This document shows, piece by piece, positions 53,821-63,851 of a stretch of 64,000 nucleotides of DNA (within the stretch, counting starts at the first letter, position 1; every line of letters begins with the position of its first letter). The notes under the pieces are model-generated. The model worked only from the letters and a program-made list of their open reading frames with translations. It was not told where the DNA came from and searched no databases. The position numbers were made by a program, and so were the translations under genes. This stretch comes from a virus. The DNA lies in IMG/VR virus record IMGVR_UViG_3300046331_000099, positions 9,109-73,108 of that record; one strand, 5' to 3'.

Positions 53821-54519
53821 TTATTTAGGTAGTCGATTATACTTTCTTTCCCACTTGCCGATCTGTCGGATGATCATCTGAGGTGAACTATTATTGTTAA
53901 AATCGTAGTTGAATGTCTTTAGAAAGTAGTGTAGAGTTCTGGAGTCTACTTTTCGTTTACAACGAGACAGCAGAGTATCAACATCAACGTTGGGTTTGAA
54001 CATCTTGAAGTCTAGGTATACGCAATGGGCGTATGCTTGGATCTCGTCAAACTCGGACAGATATCTTCTCTCCTCATCTTTCTTCTTTTGCCCAACTCGT
54101 TTGTATGGGACAACGTAGTTACTGTAGTTGTCTTCTCTACGATCGTACTGCATGAAGTGAATTATCTCATGCATTAGAGTTTGGATAAGACGATACTTGA
54201 ACCTGTCCCAAGACTCAGGACTAAAGATGTGTCTGTCGAAGTTTACTGAATGGATGATTAAGGTGCACTGGCGATCTTCGGGAGAGTATTCTCCACCAAT
54301 GGCGATAAAGTCTCGATAGACTTTTGCCTTAGATTTTTGTTCGATCCACTCGATTTTGGTACGCCACTTCTTGACGTAATTAGAAAGACCTACAGAGTCA
54401 TTTTCGTACTTGTCTAGGTCTTTCCATACTTTAGCTGGAATGAGCTTGGCACGGAATGGGCGCTCATAAAAGTTGAGCAGACCCATCCAGTTGTAGTTGG
54501 CGGTTTCTAGGAAATGCAT
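53821..54519 (-). CDS. HExxH zincin-like hypothetical protein
   Basis: LMHEIIHFMQ...YLSEFDEIQAYA. Confidence 0.65.
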   Translation of the reverse strand: MHFLETANYNWMGLLNFYERPFRAKLIPAKVWKDLDKYENDSVGLSNYVKKWRTKIEWIEQKSKAKVYRDFIAIGGEYSPEDRQCTLIIHSVNFDRHIFSPESWDRFKYRLIQTLMHEIIHFMQYDRREDNYSNYVVPYKRVGQKKKDEERRYLSEFDEIQAYAHCVYLDFKMFKPNVDVDTLLSRCKRKVDSRTLHYFLKTFNYDFNNNSSPQMIIRQIGKWERKYNRLPK

Positions 54520-54539
54520 AGCCTCCCAGAAAGTCTTGC

Positions 54540-55145
54540 TTAACTAAGTTGCTTCTCCAAATGCGCAAGGACTTTCGATTGTTCCTCTAAGTTAGTGTTA
54601 TTGAACTCAGTAATGTAGGACATCAGGTCGAAATTAGACAGTATGTTACTATATTTAGTTTCTCGTCCTCTTAGGAATTGCTCGGACTGGTCGGAGCCTC
54701 GATCCTTATAGCGTTGTTCCAACATAGGCTTTGGAGCCTTCAAATAGACCACCTGAAGTTCGGTGTTCGGCAGACCCATACAAAACTCTAGGAATGACTG
54801 GTTAAAGACTCGGTCACCTTCGAAAAGGATGTTACAGTTATGGGAGGCGATCCACTCTTGTAGCGGAGGCTGGACTGCCATCGAAAGACGATCTGTTCCA
54901 GCAAAGGTTTCACCCTCGTCGTACTTACCAAGAACATACAAGTCTCGGTCAGTATTGTAGCTGGCAACCACTAACTTAGCTGGAGCGCATTCGGTCCAAC
55001 TCTTGTCTTCCATATACTTACGGAACAAGGTAGTCTTACCAGACCCTGGAACACCACCAACGGCAATAATCTTTCGAGTCTTCAGAGTGTTCTTGATCAA
55101 CTCGACTTTGATCTCGTCTTGAACACCAAATTTATCAATCATCAT
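54540..55145 (-). CDS. P-loop kinase associated with base hypermodification
   Basis: GGVPGSGKTT, LGKY..GETFAGTDRLS, LFEGDR. Confidence 0.75.
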   Translation of the reverse strand: MMIDKFGVQDEIKVELIKNTLKTRKIIAVGGVPGSGKTTLFRKYMEDKSWTECAPAKLVVASYNTDRDLYVLGKYDEGETFAGTDRLSMAVQPPLQEWIASHNCNILFEGDRVFNQSFLEFCMGLPNTELQVVYLKAPKPMLEQRYKDRGSDQSEQFLRGRETKYSNILSNFDLMSYITEFNNTNLEEQSKVLAHLEKQLS

Positions 55146-55612
55146 ACTTTACCTTGCTTAACGTCTTCGATTAGGTTCACCAATTCTTCTCGAGTAAACA
55201 CCCAAACACGTCCACGGAAAGAGTGGGTAGAAGTATCGGGGTCATGCTTCTTAGAGAATGACAGCTTCTTAATGAACTCACGAGCACAATTCTTGGCCAT
55301 GGCTTCTTTGATTTCTTCAGCGTAGTTGACGTTCTGTTCTTTCAGCGTCAACAGTTCTTGCTCTTGGACTTTATGCTCAACAACGAATTGATTGAACTCA
55401 TATTTCTCGAGCATTTCGTCTGGGTTTACGTTGATAGTGAACCCGTCATTAATAGCCGCAACAGTAACAACATTATGGGCACTCCAATTACCAACAGCAC
55501 CAATAGAAGATGGAGTAGTAAGCACTGCATTAGACATAATGGTTTGTAGTCCATTGTTAGTCATAATTTTCAAGTCGCCGTCATCATCAACAACATCACC
55601 AACAGTATTCAT
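55142..55612 (-). CDS. hypothetical protein
   Basis: 156-aa ORF in operon. Confidence 0.65.
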   Translation of the reverse strand: MNTVGDVVDDDGDLKIMTNNGLQTIMSNAVLTTPSSIGAVGNWSAHNVVTVAAINDGFTINVNPDEMLEKYEFNQFVVEHKVQEQELLTLKEQNVNYAEEIKEAMAKNCAREFIKKLSFSKKHDPDTSTHSFRGRVWVFTREELVNLIEDVKQGKV

Positions 55613-57120
55613 CGCATAGCTCCAATCATTTGTTTATATTGATTTATTTTTTCAGTATTCATTTTCTTTGTATCATATTTCTGGTAAATTTGATGCAAAC
55701 TCAAATCATAAAGATCTTGTAACGGAATGCCAGAATTCATATAAGTGATCATCTGGAACTCAGCAACTTTGTTCCTTGGGTATATTATACGGCTAAACTC
55801 ATCAGAAATCAACTGGCATCTATTGTAGTCTAAATCTTGCGATTCAAGTGACCATTGCATAAAGTTATTCTTATCATTGAATTTGTATCCATAGATTTCA
55901 GGATTCAAACTAAACTCAGAAGTATAAGCTGCTAAGTTATGACCCTTTGGTCTTGGAAATAAAAATAACGGATAGAAAGAAGTGTGTTGTAATGGATTAT
56001 CATTCTCCATACACCAATCAATCAATTCTTTGAAATACTGCTCAGTGTCATACGGTAAACCAAGAATGAAACCAGCGCCGATGTTTACTCTACCCTTCCA
56101 CTTTTCGTTGAGCCAATACAATCTATCTTTTACTTTATGAGGTTTCAATCCTTTACCAATAGAGACTGCACTTTCTGGCTGGAATGTTTCAAGACCGAGA
56201 TAGGTTCCAATCAATCCCATCTCAGATAACAAGTCGGCTTGATGTGGGAATTTATTGATTAAATCTATACGAAGATATGCACTGAACTTTGGTTTGAATG
56301 GTAGAGCAGTAAAAACTTTATGCAAAGCCTCAATCTTATCATTATCATCGTTGAACGTATCATCAGTGATGTAGTATGAATCAGTTCCATACAACTCCCA
56401 CATCTCAATCATCTCATCTCTGATCTCATTCGGGTCTCTTAGATAAGTACCTTTACTCTTTCCAAGAAGAGGATAAGAACAGAACTTACATTTAAAGATA
56501 CACCCACGGGCAAGTTCTAATGGAAGACCTTCTTTCGGTAACACATTATGATTCTTCCAAGAAGTCTTGATGTTGTCCATCTTTGGTTCTTCGAAATTGT
56601 TCGACTCGATGATATATGTTTCTTTACCATCAATCGCATGAGGTTTCATGTCAAGGTTAGAACCTGTGGCAATGTGCTTGGTCAATTCAACTGTTGAGTT
56701 ATCCGCATAACCGATAACGTAGTAGTCGATGTTCTTATCAGAGAGTAAGAATGGAGCTTTGGCACCGCCATAAACAATTTTAGCAGAAGACTTATCACGG
56801 ATGTGCTGAATAATCTCTTCGATGACAGAAACCTGAGTATAATACATCTTTTCAGTTTTAGTCTGATTAAACGAAGATGAATTATTTGCCCAAAAGAAAG
56901 TAGAAGAGAATCCCACCCAAAGTGTATCTTCAGATAAGTGTTTATCCAAAACATTTTTGATTTCATCAACAGACATATGAATTATATAATCCAAGACGAA
57001 TGTACTGAAGCCAGAATCTTCCAGAGCACTGGAGATTCTGTATGGTCCAAGAGAACGTTGAATTTTTGGTTGGTACTCTGGAGTCCAAGTACCACCACTT
57101 AAAATAATACAGTTAGCCAC
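55609..57120 (-). CDS. B12-binding-domain radical SAM protein
   Basis: GFSSTF, IVYGG, ELARGCIFKCKFC (CxxxCxxC), DDTFND, GLET, FILGLP. Confidence 0.85.
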   Translation of the reverse strand: MANCIILSGGTWTPEYQPKIQRSLGPYRISSALEDSGFSTFVLDYIIHMSVDEIKNVLDKHLSEDTLWVGFSSTFFWANNSSSFNQTKTEKMYYTQVSVIEEIIQHIRDKSSAKIVYGGAKAPFLLSDKNIDYYVIGYADNSTVELTKHIATGSNLDMKPHAIDGKETYIIESNNFEEPKMDNIKTSWKNHNVLPKEGLPLELARGCIFKCKFCSYPLLGKSKGTYLRDPNEIRDEMIEMWELYGTDSYYITDDTFNDDNDKIEALHKVFTALPFKPKFSAYLRIDLINKFPHQADLLSEMGLIGTYLGLETFQPESAVSIGKGLKPHKVKDRLYWLNEKWKGRVNIGAGFILGLPYDTEQYFKELIDWCMENDNPLQHTSFYPLFLFPRPKGHNLAAYTSEFSLNPEIYGYKFNDKNNFMQWSLESQDLDYNRCQLISDEFSRIIYPRNKVAEFQMITYMNSGIPLQDLYDLSLHQIYQKYDTKKMNTEKINQYKQMIGAMR

Positions 57121-58139
57121 TATAGAAACGCATCCAATCCGCTAGCAATAGGTTGTTCGCCGTCAAACATCATCTCAAGCCCATTTAGTTGTCCTGTTGC
57201 CAAGAAGTCTCCGAATCTTTCTTTATTGATACCACGTTTATGATTATGTAGTTGATTGATAGTCTCATCTCTAGCATCCCACATAACCTGCCATTCAATA
57301 CCAGCCCATCCGTCACTCTCTGCAACTTGGATCTCTTCAGCTTGTCTGTCGAGATAATAGCTAAGGTAACGTCCATGCTTCTGACGAAAGATCTTCTTGA
57401 AAGAGCACAGGCAGGTTTCCATTGTAAAGTAGTCTACTTGACTTGCCAACGATGGAAAACGATCCTTCATCTCTGATCTGATTCCGCTGCCAATAGACTC
57501 GAGAGTAGCGTATTCGCTTGCATTGAGTTTCTTATCGATATCGTCATCTCTGCCGATGGCCAGAAGAAGTCCATTACGATGAGAACGGGAACCATCATAA
57601 TCATCCAGCATAAGAGAAGTAGGGTCACAAACAATACCAGCAGTATGTTTAAGATGCTGAAGATAGAACCAAGTAGAATATCTCCCGAATTTATGAAGAT
57701 TTGTTTTAAGCACGACCCACAATGCATCAAAGTTTTGTTCTTCATTGTCTCCATAGTATGACTCCAGTTTCTCACGTTGTGTTTTATTTCCAATAAATTT
57801 CTGATATGATTCGAACATCGCAGGCAGATGTCCCTTGTTCCACTTAGTGTCTGTCTGATAACGCAAACGTTTGTAGTTCTTAGAATTCCAATCAGTGATA
57901 CGCCCAAGGTCAGCAAGTTCGTAGTCAGGGAATTCGTTCTTCAGCACCCAAGCTGTTGGGAGTTGATATGTGTTACCGTATAGCCACGCAAGCCAGATAC
58001 GTTCTTCATCATTATGCTCATAGCGTTCGTTGAGATAGTTCGTAGCCCAAACAGCTGGGTCACAATCATCACACTTCAACGACCAAGCATACCAACGGAT
58101 GAATGCCTCACGTCGGTTTTCTTTTAAACGATAATCCAT
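57120..58139 (-). CDS. amino acid:DNA transferase (alpha-glutamyl/putrescinyl-thymine pyrophosphorylase-like, aGPT-PPlase2)
   Basis: DCDP, W.AWLYG.TY, YQTD.KW, FGRYSTWFYLQ, METCLC.FKK. Confidence 0.75.
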   Translation of the reverse strand: MDYRLKENRREAFIRWYAWSLKCDDCDPAVWATNYLNERYEHNDEERIWLAWLYGNTYQLPTAWVLKNEFPDYELADLGRITDWNSKNYKRLRYQTDTKWNKGHLPAMFESYQKFIGNKTQREKLESYYGDNEEQNFDALWVVLKTNLHKFGRYSTWFYLQHLKHTAGIVCDPTSLMLDDYDGSRSHRNGLLLAIGRDDDIDKKLNASEYATLESIGSGIRSEMKDRFPSLASQVDYFTMETCLCSFKKIFRQKHGRYLSYYLDRQAEEIQVAESDGWAGIEWQVMWDARDETINQLHNHKRGINKERFGDFLATGQLNGLEMMFDGEQPIASGLDAFL

Positions 58140-58780
58140 TATTTCAAAAAGTCTTCAAGTGATGGTTGATCCATTAGCGCTGCACGCAACCAAGACTTAC
58201 CAACAGTATCAATAGCAGTCTGTGTCTTGGCTTTCTTCTTCTCACCCCATGTGTAAGATTCTAAACCTTCAGCAAGGAATTGCGCACGAGCCTTTGCTGG
58301 TGGTAATGCTTGAAGTGGGTTTACAATGGCGTTGTCTCTGTACGCAATTTGTTCGGCACGTGTAGGGAATAGTGGTTGGTCTGAGCGGAGTGAACCAGTG
58401 GGATCAACTGCCCAAAAGACCAGCCCATTGCGATTGTGCCAGCTGACAGAGGATGGGGTACAAGAGATTTTAAGTCGTTGGACTTTTCGTTCTTCGACTG
58501 CATATTTGATCCACGCATCCCAGCACTTGGACGCATATCCTTTACCTTCTTGACCTTCGAGTGTGACGATTTCGTAGAGGTTGGCATATCCATCCCGATT
58601 AAATGTAGCAAAGATTAAAGAAACAACTTCACCGTTGACTTCATAAGCCATCGGCAGAGACTTATCGTAGTTATGGAAACGAGTCCACAATGAGTGTGCA
58701 GCCGATAAGAACTTGGTGTTCTTACCAGCTGGACTGCTTTCGATAAGTTGTTGTACTTTGGTTGAGTTTACAAGAATCAT
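58139..58780 (-). CDS. GNAT-fold acetyltransferase
   Basis: NLYEIVT..GQEGKGYAS (motif A). Confidence 0.65.
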   Translation of the reverse strand: MILVNSTKVQQLIESSPAGKNTKFLSAAHSLWTRFHNYDKSLPMAYEVNGEVVSLIFATFNRDGYANLYEIVTLEGQEGKGYASKCWDAWIKYAVEERKVQRLKISCTPSSVSWHNRNGLVFWAVDPTGSLRSDQPLFPTRAEQIAYRDNAIVNPLQALPPAKARAQFLAEGLESYTWGEKKKAKTQTAIDTVGKSWLRAALMDQPSLEDFLK

Positions 58781-59463
58781 AATTGATAGTCCACTGCACC
58801 TTGAATATCTACTTTCTCTAAAAGATGAGACAAGTGTTCATCGATAGTATGATAGATGTTCATAGACAGCGGCACAGTTGTATAGTTTAAATTGGCACGT
58901 TTTGCAACGTTAGCCGTAGAAGTAATTATACACCCATTATCCAAAACTGTCAAGTATAATGGACGCTTACCGTTGCGATACGCACGGATGGTTCTATCAG
59001 TTCGGAGTTCGCACACTGCAAGGCTTGCATCTTTCCAATGTTCTAGTGGGCTGTAATGCTCCAATGAGCGGAGTAAGAGTTCGGTGTCGTTCTTACCTTC
59101 GCATGCATATCCGTGCAAGACTTCCCAATCAGCAGGATCGTGCTGAGTAATAACACCATTATGGACAATTGACGTGGTTGCATTTGCTATCGGCTGGTTA
59201 TACAATAAATCGCTAGTGCTATATCTACAGTGACCAATAAGGTAAAGAGTACCATCGTCATCAACCATATCCTCCAAATCATCTAGTTTTCTGAACTCAT
59301 CCGCTGGGACAGGTTCTTTAAAGGTATGGATTACGCCACCCCTGAGGTAGGACAATCCAGTCGCATGTAAACCACGAATACGAGACTCGTGGAATACACT
59401 TCTAATCATATCAAAGTCAGTTGCTGTGGGTTTTTTAATCACAGCACCGATAACTGCACACAT
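58777..59463 (-). CDS. class II (Ntn) glutamine amidotransferase domain protein
   Basis: MCAVIG (Cys2), RG.HATG, GHCRYST, NQPI, VHNG.I, NDTE. Confidence 0.88.
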   Translation of the reverse strand: MCAVIGAVIKKPTATDFDMIRSVFHESRIRGLHATGLSYLRGGVIHTFKEPVPADEFRKLDDLEDMVDDDGTLYLIGHCRYSTSDLLYNQPIANATTSIVHNGVITQHDPADWEVLHGYACEGKNDTELLLRSLEHYSPLEHWKDASLAVCELRTDRTIRAYRNGKRPLYLTVLDNGCIITSTANVAKRANLNYTTVPLSMNIYHTIDEHLSHLLEKVDIQGAVDYQL

Positions 59464-60791
59464 TAGAAAAAGCCTTCAAGTGAATTTGATTCAACAGACA
59501 GTGGGTGGTACTTGTGCAGAGTTTCTACACCAAGTTTAGATTCCAAGTAGTTATACCACTCTTTGTCTTCCCACATACCTTGACTCACACCATTCCACAA
59601 GTGACGGGCAGAGCCATCTTCATTCTTATGGCCTGGATGTTCTTTGTCCAAACGACGAGACTCAACATACTCATATCGGCAGTCTTCATATTGCTTAGAA
59701 CCAAGCTCAAGCATCTTCTCACGGAAATAGCAAACAAGTGAAACACGTTCTGCTTCTTCATCAAGCAATTTGATTTCAGTATTACCGTGCATAACTTCGT
59801 GATTATTAATCAACAAGAGATCACCTGGACGCACGTTCACTGCAACACGATACTCAGGAGCCACAAGATAACAACCAGAGTAGTTACCATTGTTGGACAA
59901 TACAAGCAAGTTACTCAAACCAGATGTCAAATCACCAGCGTCAAAGTGACATGCTGTGCGGAATGTCTTGTTTACTGTAACAGTAGTGAATGGAGTCCCT
60001 GGAATTAAAAAGCCACTATCAACTTTACTTGCAGCTTCCATTTGTGCAGTGAATCGTTTTGGCAACAAGTCCTTGAAACCCTTGGCAAGAGATTGAAGGA
60101 ATGGAAACGCCATGGCAAACTTTTCAGGTTCACGTTGAGTGTACGATGTTGCACGACCATAAGGGATGCGTGGGTAACGATCGAACCAACCAGCGATACC
60201 AGACATAACACCATTGGCGTAAGTAGTAGAGCAGACATACTTCTTAACAACACGATCAACTTCTTTCTTCTTGTCGTCGTCTGACAAGTTCTTAGTAGCA
60301 TCTACCCATGTTTCAAAGTCAAAGTTATCCTTCTTTACCGCCTGAATACCCCAGACGTTGTTACGTGTAGAAGCGGTATCTTTCTTACCCTTGTGGCTCT
60401 CACGAATATCTTCTACTGGATCGTCTCCATATAGATTGGCACCTGGATTTGAAAAGTATTCAATAATGTCTGACTCATACTCAGTGACCCATTCACGATT
60501 ACCCAACTTCTCATTACGTGGACCAGCAGCCATGCCACGGTTCTGTGTTTCTACTGCAGCTTCACGAAGCCCAGCATACGCTTGGTCTTGCTGTTCTTTA
60601 GTGAAGTAGTTCTTACGGAACTTTAGGATAATTCTTTCTTCAGTTCCAGTCATCTCAGGGTGACCTGGAATTTCTGGCATATAAACATCCATGTCTTCTT
60701 CAATAAGAAGATCATAATCTTTTTCTGTAGGGAATTGTCCTTGCATATGAGAACAATCATGCTTGATTGGTGCTACTAATATTTTAGTCAT
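59463..60791 (-). CDS. TET/JBP-family 2OG-Fe(II) nucleic-acid base oxygenase
   Basis: SGIAGWFDR, TPFTTVTVN..FRTACHFDAGD, PGDLL....H..MHGNT, ERVSLVCYFRE. Confidence 0.8.
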   Translation of the reverse strand: MTKILVAPIKHDCSHMQGQFPTEKDYDLLIEEDMDVYMPEIPGHPEMTGTEERIILKFRKNYFTKEQQDQAYAGLREAAVETQNRGMAAGPRNEKLGNREWVTEYESDIIEYFSNPGANLYGDDPVEDIRESHKGKKDTASTRNNVWGIQAVKKDNFDFETWVDATKNLSDDDKKKEVDRVVKKYVCSTTYANGVMSGIAGWFDRYPRIPYGRATSYTQREPEKFAMAFPFLQSLAKGFKDLLPKRFTAQMEAASKVDSGFLIPGTPFTTVTVNKTFRTACHFDAGDLTSGLSNLLVLSNNGNYSGCYLVAPEYRVAVNVRPGDLLLINNHEVMHGNTEIKLLDEEAERVSLVCYFREKMLELGSKQYEDCRYEYVESRRLDKEHPGHKNEDGSARHLWNGVSQGMWEDKEWYNYLESKLGVETLHKYHPLSVESNSLEGFF

Positions 60792-60800
60792 TTACTTTCC

Positions 60801-62195
60801 TTAAAATTTCCAACCGTCAAAACTCTCAGCCTTAGCACGTTGACCAAAATCACTCTTATCAAACATCGGTGTATCGTTCTTCATGTGACCAGCATCTGCC
60901 AGTCCTTCTTGAGCCGATGCTTCTACATCGTAGAGTTTCATCTTTGCTCGATCAACACCAATGATGAATCGTTTGTAAAACCCTGGATCGTTGTAACGAT
61001 TCTTAAGTTGTTTAACGATAATCTGATTCAATTGCTCTAGTTCTTCATTACTCACCAACGCAAACATAAAGTCAGCAGTGGCAGGTAGACCAAAAGATTC
61101 TGAGGTATCTTCCAGCCCTGGATCGCTGTTAGTATAACCTGAACGAGTAGTCTGAGTAGCCGATAGAATCGGAACATTATACTCAACTGCAAGACCACGC
61201 AACTCTTCAGCGATTGCCTTAATATATGTATAAGAGTTAACAGAGCCACCTTGCTTCATACGCTGTGAAGCGCAGATGTTCAGATAGTCAATCATAATGA
61301 TGTCGGGAGTAAACTCTCGTTTCAATTTCAACTCTTCGAGCAATGCTCTAAAGTGTCCAGCGTGGGCACCAGCAGTTGGATATTCTTTGATGATCAACTT
61401 ACCTTGAGTCTTCTTGGCCAACTTAGCCAGTCTGGATTCGTAGATATCCTTGTCAACAACCTTCAACTCGTCCATGGTTAGGTTCAAGAGGTTCGCATCA
61501 ATACGTTCAGCGATACGTTCTTCAGCCATCTCCATTGTTATGTATAAAACATTTCGACCAGCACTTAGAGCACCAGCAGCAACGTGACACATAAACAAAG
61601 ACTTACCAACACCAGTACCAGCAAGGACGATGTTTAGAGTTTTTCTTGACAACCCACCTTTGGTAATCTTATTGAACAAGTCCAAGTCGAATGCAATTTT
61701 CTCTTCAATGCGATGATAAAACTCATAACGAGAATTAGCGTCATCAATGTAATCATGACCAACATGATTGTCGAAAGATACAGCAAGAGCATCGGAAAGG
61801 ATAGAAGGGATTGAGTCAGTGGTGTAAGTCTTGTCCCTACCTTCTTGGATTCTGATTGACGTAAGGATTGCATTATACACCGCCTTGTCTTTACAAAACT
61901 TCTCTGTGTTGACCAACATCCAATCATCATTGGTTGGAATGTCAACTAGAGTGTCAAGGAATGTACCAACCTCGCCAAGTTCTTTGTCGTTGAGGTCTGT
62001 ACGGTTACTTACTTCAATCGCCAAAATCTCTTTTGTGATTGGCTTGTTATACTTCGTGAAGAATTCTGAAATCTCTCTAATTACAACTGACTCTTTTCTC
62101 TCGCTAAAATACTCATGCTTAAGAAATGGAATTACTTTTCGGCAGTAATTCTCATCATAAATCAGTCTGCTCAGAATCTGTTGTTCTAATCTCAT
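60801..62195 (-). CDS. gp41: replicative DNA helicase (T4 gp41)
   Basis: AGTGVGKS, YITMEMAE, IDYLNIC, SESFGLPATAD, QLKNRY; start placed at MRLEQQ. Confidence 0.95.
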   Translation of the reverse strand: MRLEQQILSRLIYDENYCRKVIPFLKHEYFSERKESVVIREISEFFTKYNKPITKEILAIEVSNRTDLNDKELGEVGTFLDTLVDIPTNDDWMLVNTEKFCKDKAVYNAILTSIRIQEGRDKTYTTDSIPSILSDALAVSFDNHVGHDYIDDANSRYEFYHRIEEKIAFDLDLFNKITKGGLSRKTLNIVLAGTGVGKSLFMCHVAAGALSAGRNVLYITMEMAEERIAERIDANLLNLTMDELKVVDKDIYESRLAKLAKKTQGKLIIKEYPTAGAHAGHFRALLEELKLKREFTPDIIMIDYLNICASQRMKQGGSVNSYTYIKAIAEELRGLAVEYNVPILSATQTTRSGYTNSDPGLEDTSESFGLPATADFMFALVSNEELEQLNQIIVKQLKNRYNDPGFYKRFIIGVDRAKMKLYDVEASAQEGLADAGHMKNDTPMFDKSDFGQRAKAESFDGWKF

Positions 62196-62487
62196 CAACC
62201 CCGCCTGTGTAGGAAATACTGTTTTGCTGCAATTGGTCCATAATGATGAACTGCAACAAGTCACCAAGATATTGTTCTAGTTCTTCTTTGATGTAAGTGA
62301 CACCCGCATCTTCATGCACCTCATACTCGAAGTGCATTTCACAAGTGTCAACCTGTTCATCAAAGCGAACCGCACCGTAAGAGAAGATTATACCTGAGTA
62401 ATCACCTTCTGTCAACTTCAGTCGATCTTGTCCAGTCTTGCTGTTCTCAAGAACAATGAATGGTGGTTTAGCTAAATGATTACTCAT
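62155..62487 (-). CDS. gp40: gp40-like head vertex assembly chaperone
   Basis: Position between uvsX and gp41; YSGIIFSYG.V.F. Confidence 0.65.
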   Translation of the reverse strand: MSNHLAKPPFIVLENSKTGQDRLKLTEGDYSGIIFSYGAVRFDEQVDTCEMHFEYEVHEDAGVTYIKEELEQYLGDLLQFIIMDQLQQNSISYTGGVDEIRTTDSEQTDL

Positions 62488-63550
62488 CGAATTCTAATTC
62501 CTCTAGAGTCTTGTCCAATGCATCAGACTGAATCATATCAGACTGACCCATAGAGTATTTGTTCTTGATGTAATCATAGAACGACTTCTGAGTCAACAGT
62601 GGCATCCAGAACTCTTTGGTATCAGTATCCTTGAGACGATACTTCTTGTCTTCAACAACACCAGTCTCTTGGTTTACTTGCGAATACCAACCATTGCTAG
62701 GCTTGATAACGTGTCCTGATTCGAGTGCAACATCAAGTAGACCAGACCACTTGCTAATACCACCATCGAAAGATACACTGACAGGGATCTTAGATTTTTC
62801 TTTAACATAACGAGATTTTTCCACGTTGATAATGAAGTTGTAACCGATTACTTCAGTACCTTCTTTTTCTTGCTGACGACCGAGAATAAAGATGTTGTCG
62901 GCAGAGTAGTATGAACCAGTACCACCACCAACGATATCTTTCGGATACAAACCGATCTCTTTATATGTATGGTTCACTACAACCATAGGGATGTCTTTGA
63001 TAGACAAGTGAGGTGTGACCATACGGAACAGAGACTTCATCTGCTTGGCACGAGACATATCGGCAACAGACTTACCATCCAAGGCATCATCAACTTCTTT
63101 CTTAGAAGCCAAGTTACCAATTGAGTCAATAACAATCATCAGACGATCTCCACGATCTACGTTCTGAAGCTGTTGCATGATGTCGAACTTCAGTTGTTCT
63201 ACGTCAGTGATAGGTGTATGCAGAACACGATTAGTATCAATACCAAAGGAATCAAAGTAAGACTGTGGAGTACCGAATTCAGAGTCATAGAACAACAGAG
63301 CAGCTTCTGGATATTTGTCAAGGTAAGACTTAGCCATCAGCAAACTGAATGCAGTCTTAAAGTGTTTCGATGGACCAGCCCACATTGTAAGACCTGGAGT
63401 GAGACCACCATCAAGACGACCAGAAAGGGCTACGTTGATGATTGGAATTGAAGTAGGGATCATATCCTTCTTCGTAAAGAACTTCGATACATTCAAGACC
63501 GCAGAGTCTTTGATTGTAGTGTTCTTTTTAATTTTATCTAGAATGCTCAT
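62480..63550 (-). CDS. uvsX: RecA-like recombinase
   Basis: AGPSKHFKT, FYDSEFG, IDSIGNLASKKE, GGGTG.YYSAD. Confidence 0.95.
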   Translation of the reverse strand: MSILDKIKKNTTIKDSAVLNVSKFFTKKDMIPTSIPIINVALSGRLDGGLTPGLTMWAGPSKHFKTAFSLLMAKSYLDKYPEAALLFYDSEFGTPQSYFDSFGIDTNRVLHTPITDVEQLKFDIMQQLQNVDRGDRLMIVIDSIGNLASKKEVDDALDGKSVADMSRAKQMKSLFRMVTPHLSIKDIPMVVVNHTYKEIGLYPKDIVGGGTGSYYSADNIFILGRQQEKEGTEVIGYNFIINVEKSRYVKEKSKIPVSVSFDGGISKWSGLLDVALESGHVIKPSNGWYSQVNQETGVVEDKKYRLKDTDTKEFWMPLLTQKSFYDYIKNKYSMGQSDMIQSDALDKTLEELEFDE

Positions 63551-63551
63551 A

Positions 63552-63809
63552 TTAAACCTTCACAAATTCAAGTAATTGGGCTTCGTTCATCAAACCTACG
63601 TGACGTTTGACTTCATTCTCTTGAGCATCAACTAAAATCATAGTTGGAACAGAACGAACTTTGAACTGTTGAGTGAGCATAATGTTCTCATCAATATTCA
63701 CATCTTCGATTGGAACTGTGACTTTATCACCAGCACCTTTAACTACCATGGACAATCCTTTACATGGACCACACCACTCAGCGTAAAATTTAAAAACTTT
63801 CATATTCAT
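63552..63809 (-). CDS. thioredoxin
   Basis: FYAEWCGPCK, VRSVPT. Confidence 0.92.
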   Translation of the reverse strand: MNMKVFKFYAEWCGPCKGLSMVVKGAGDKVTVPIEDVNIDENIMLTQQFKVRSVPTMILVDAQENEVKRHVGLMNEAQLLEFVKV

Positions 63810-63822
63810 CTCCTAAAAATAT

Positions 63823-63851
63823 ATTATACACTATCCCCATATGCAAAGCAA
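63823..63851 (-). promoter_or_regulatory. sigma70-type promoter
   Basis: TTGCTT-N17-TATAAT. Confidence 0.65.
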
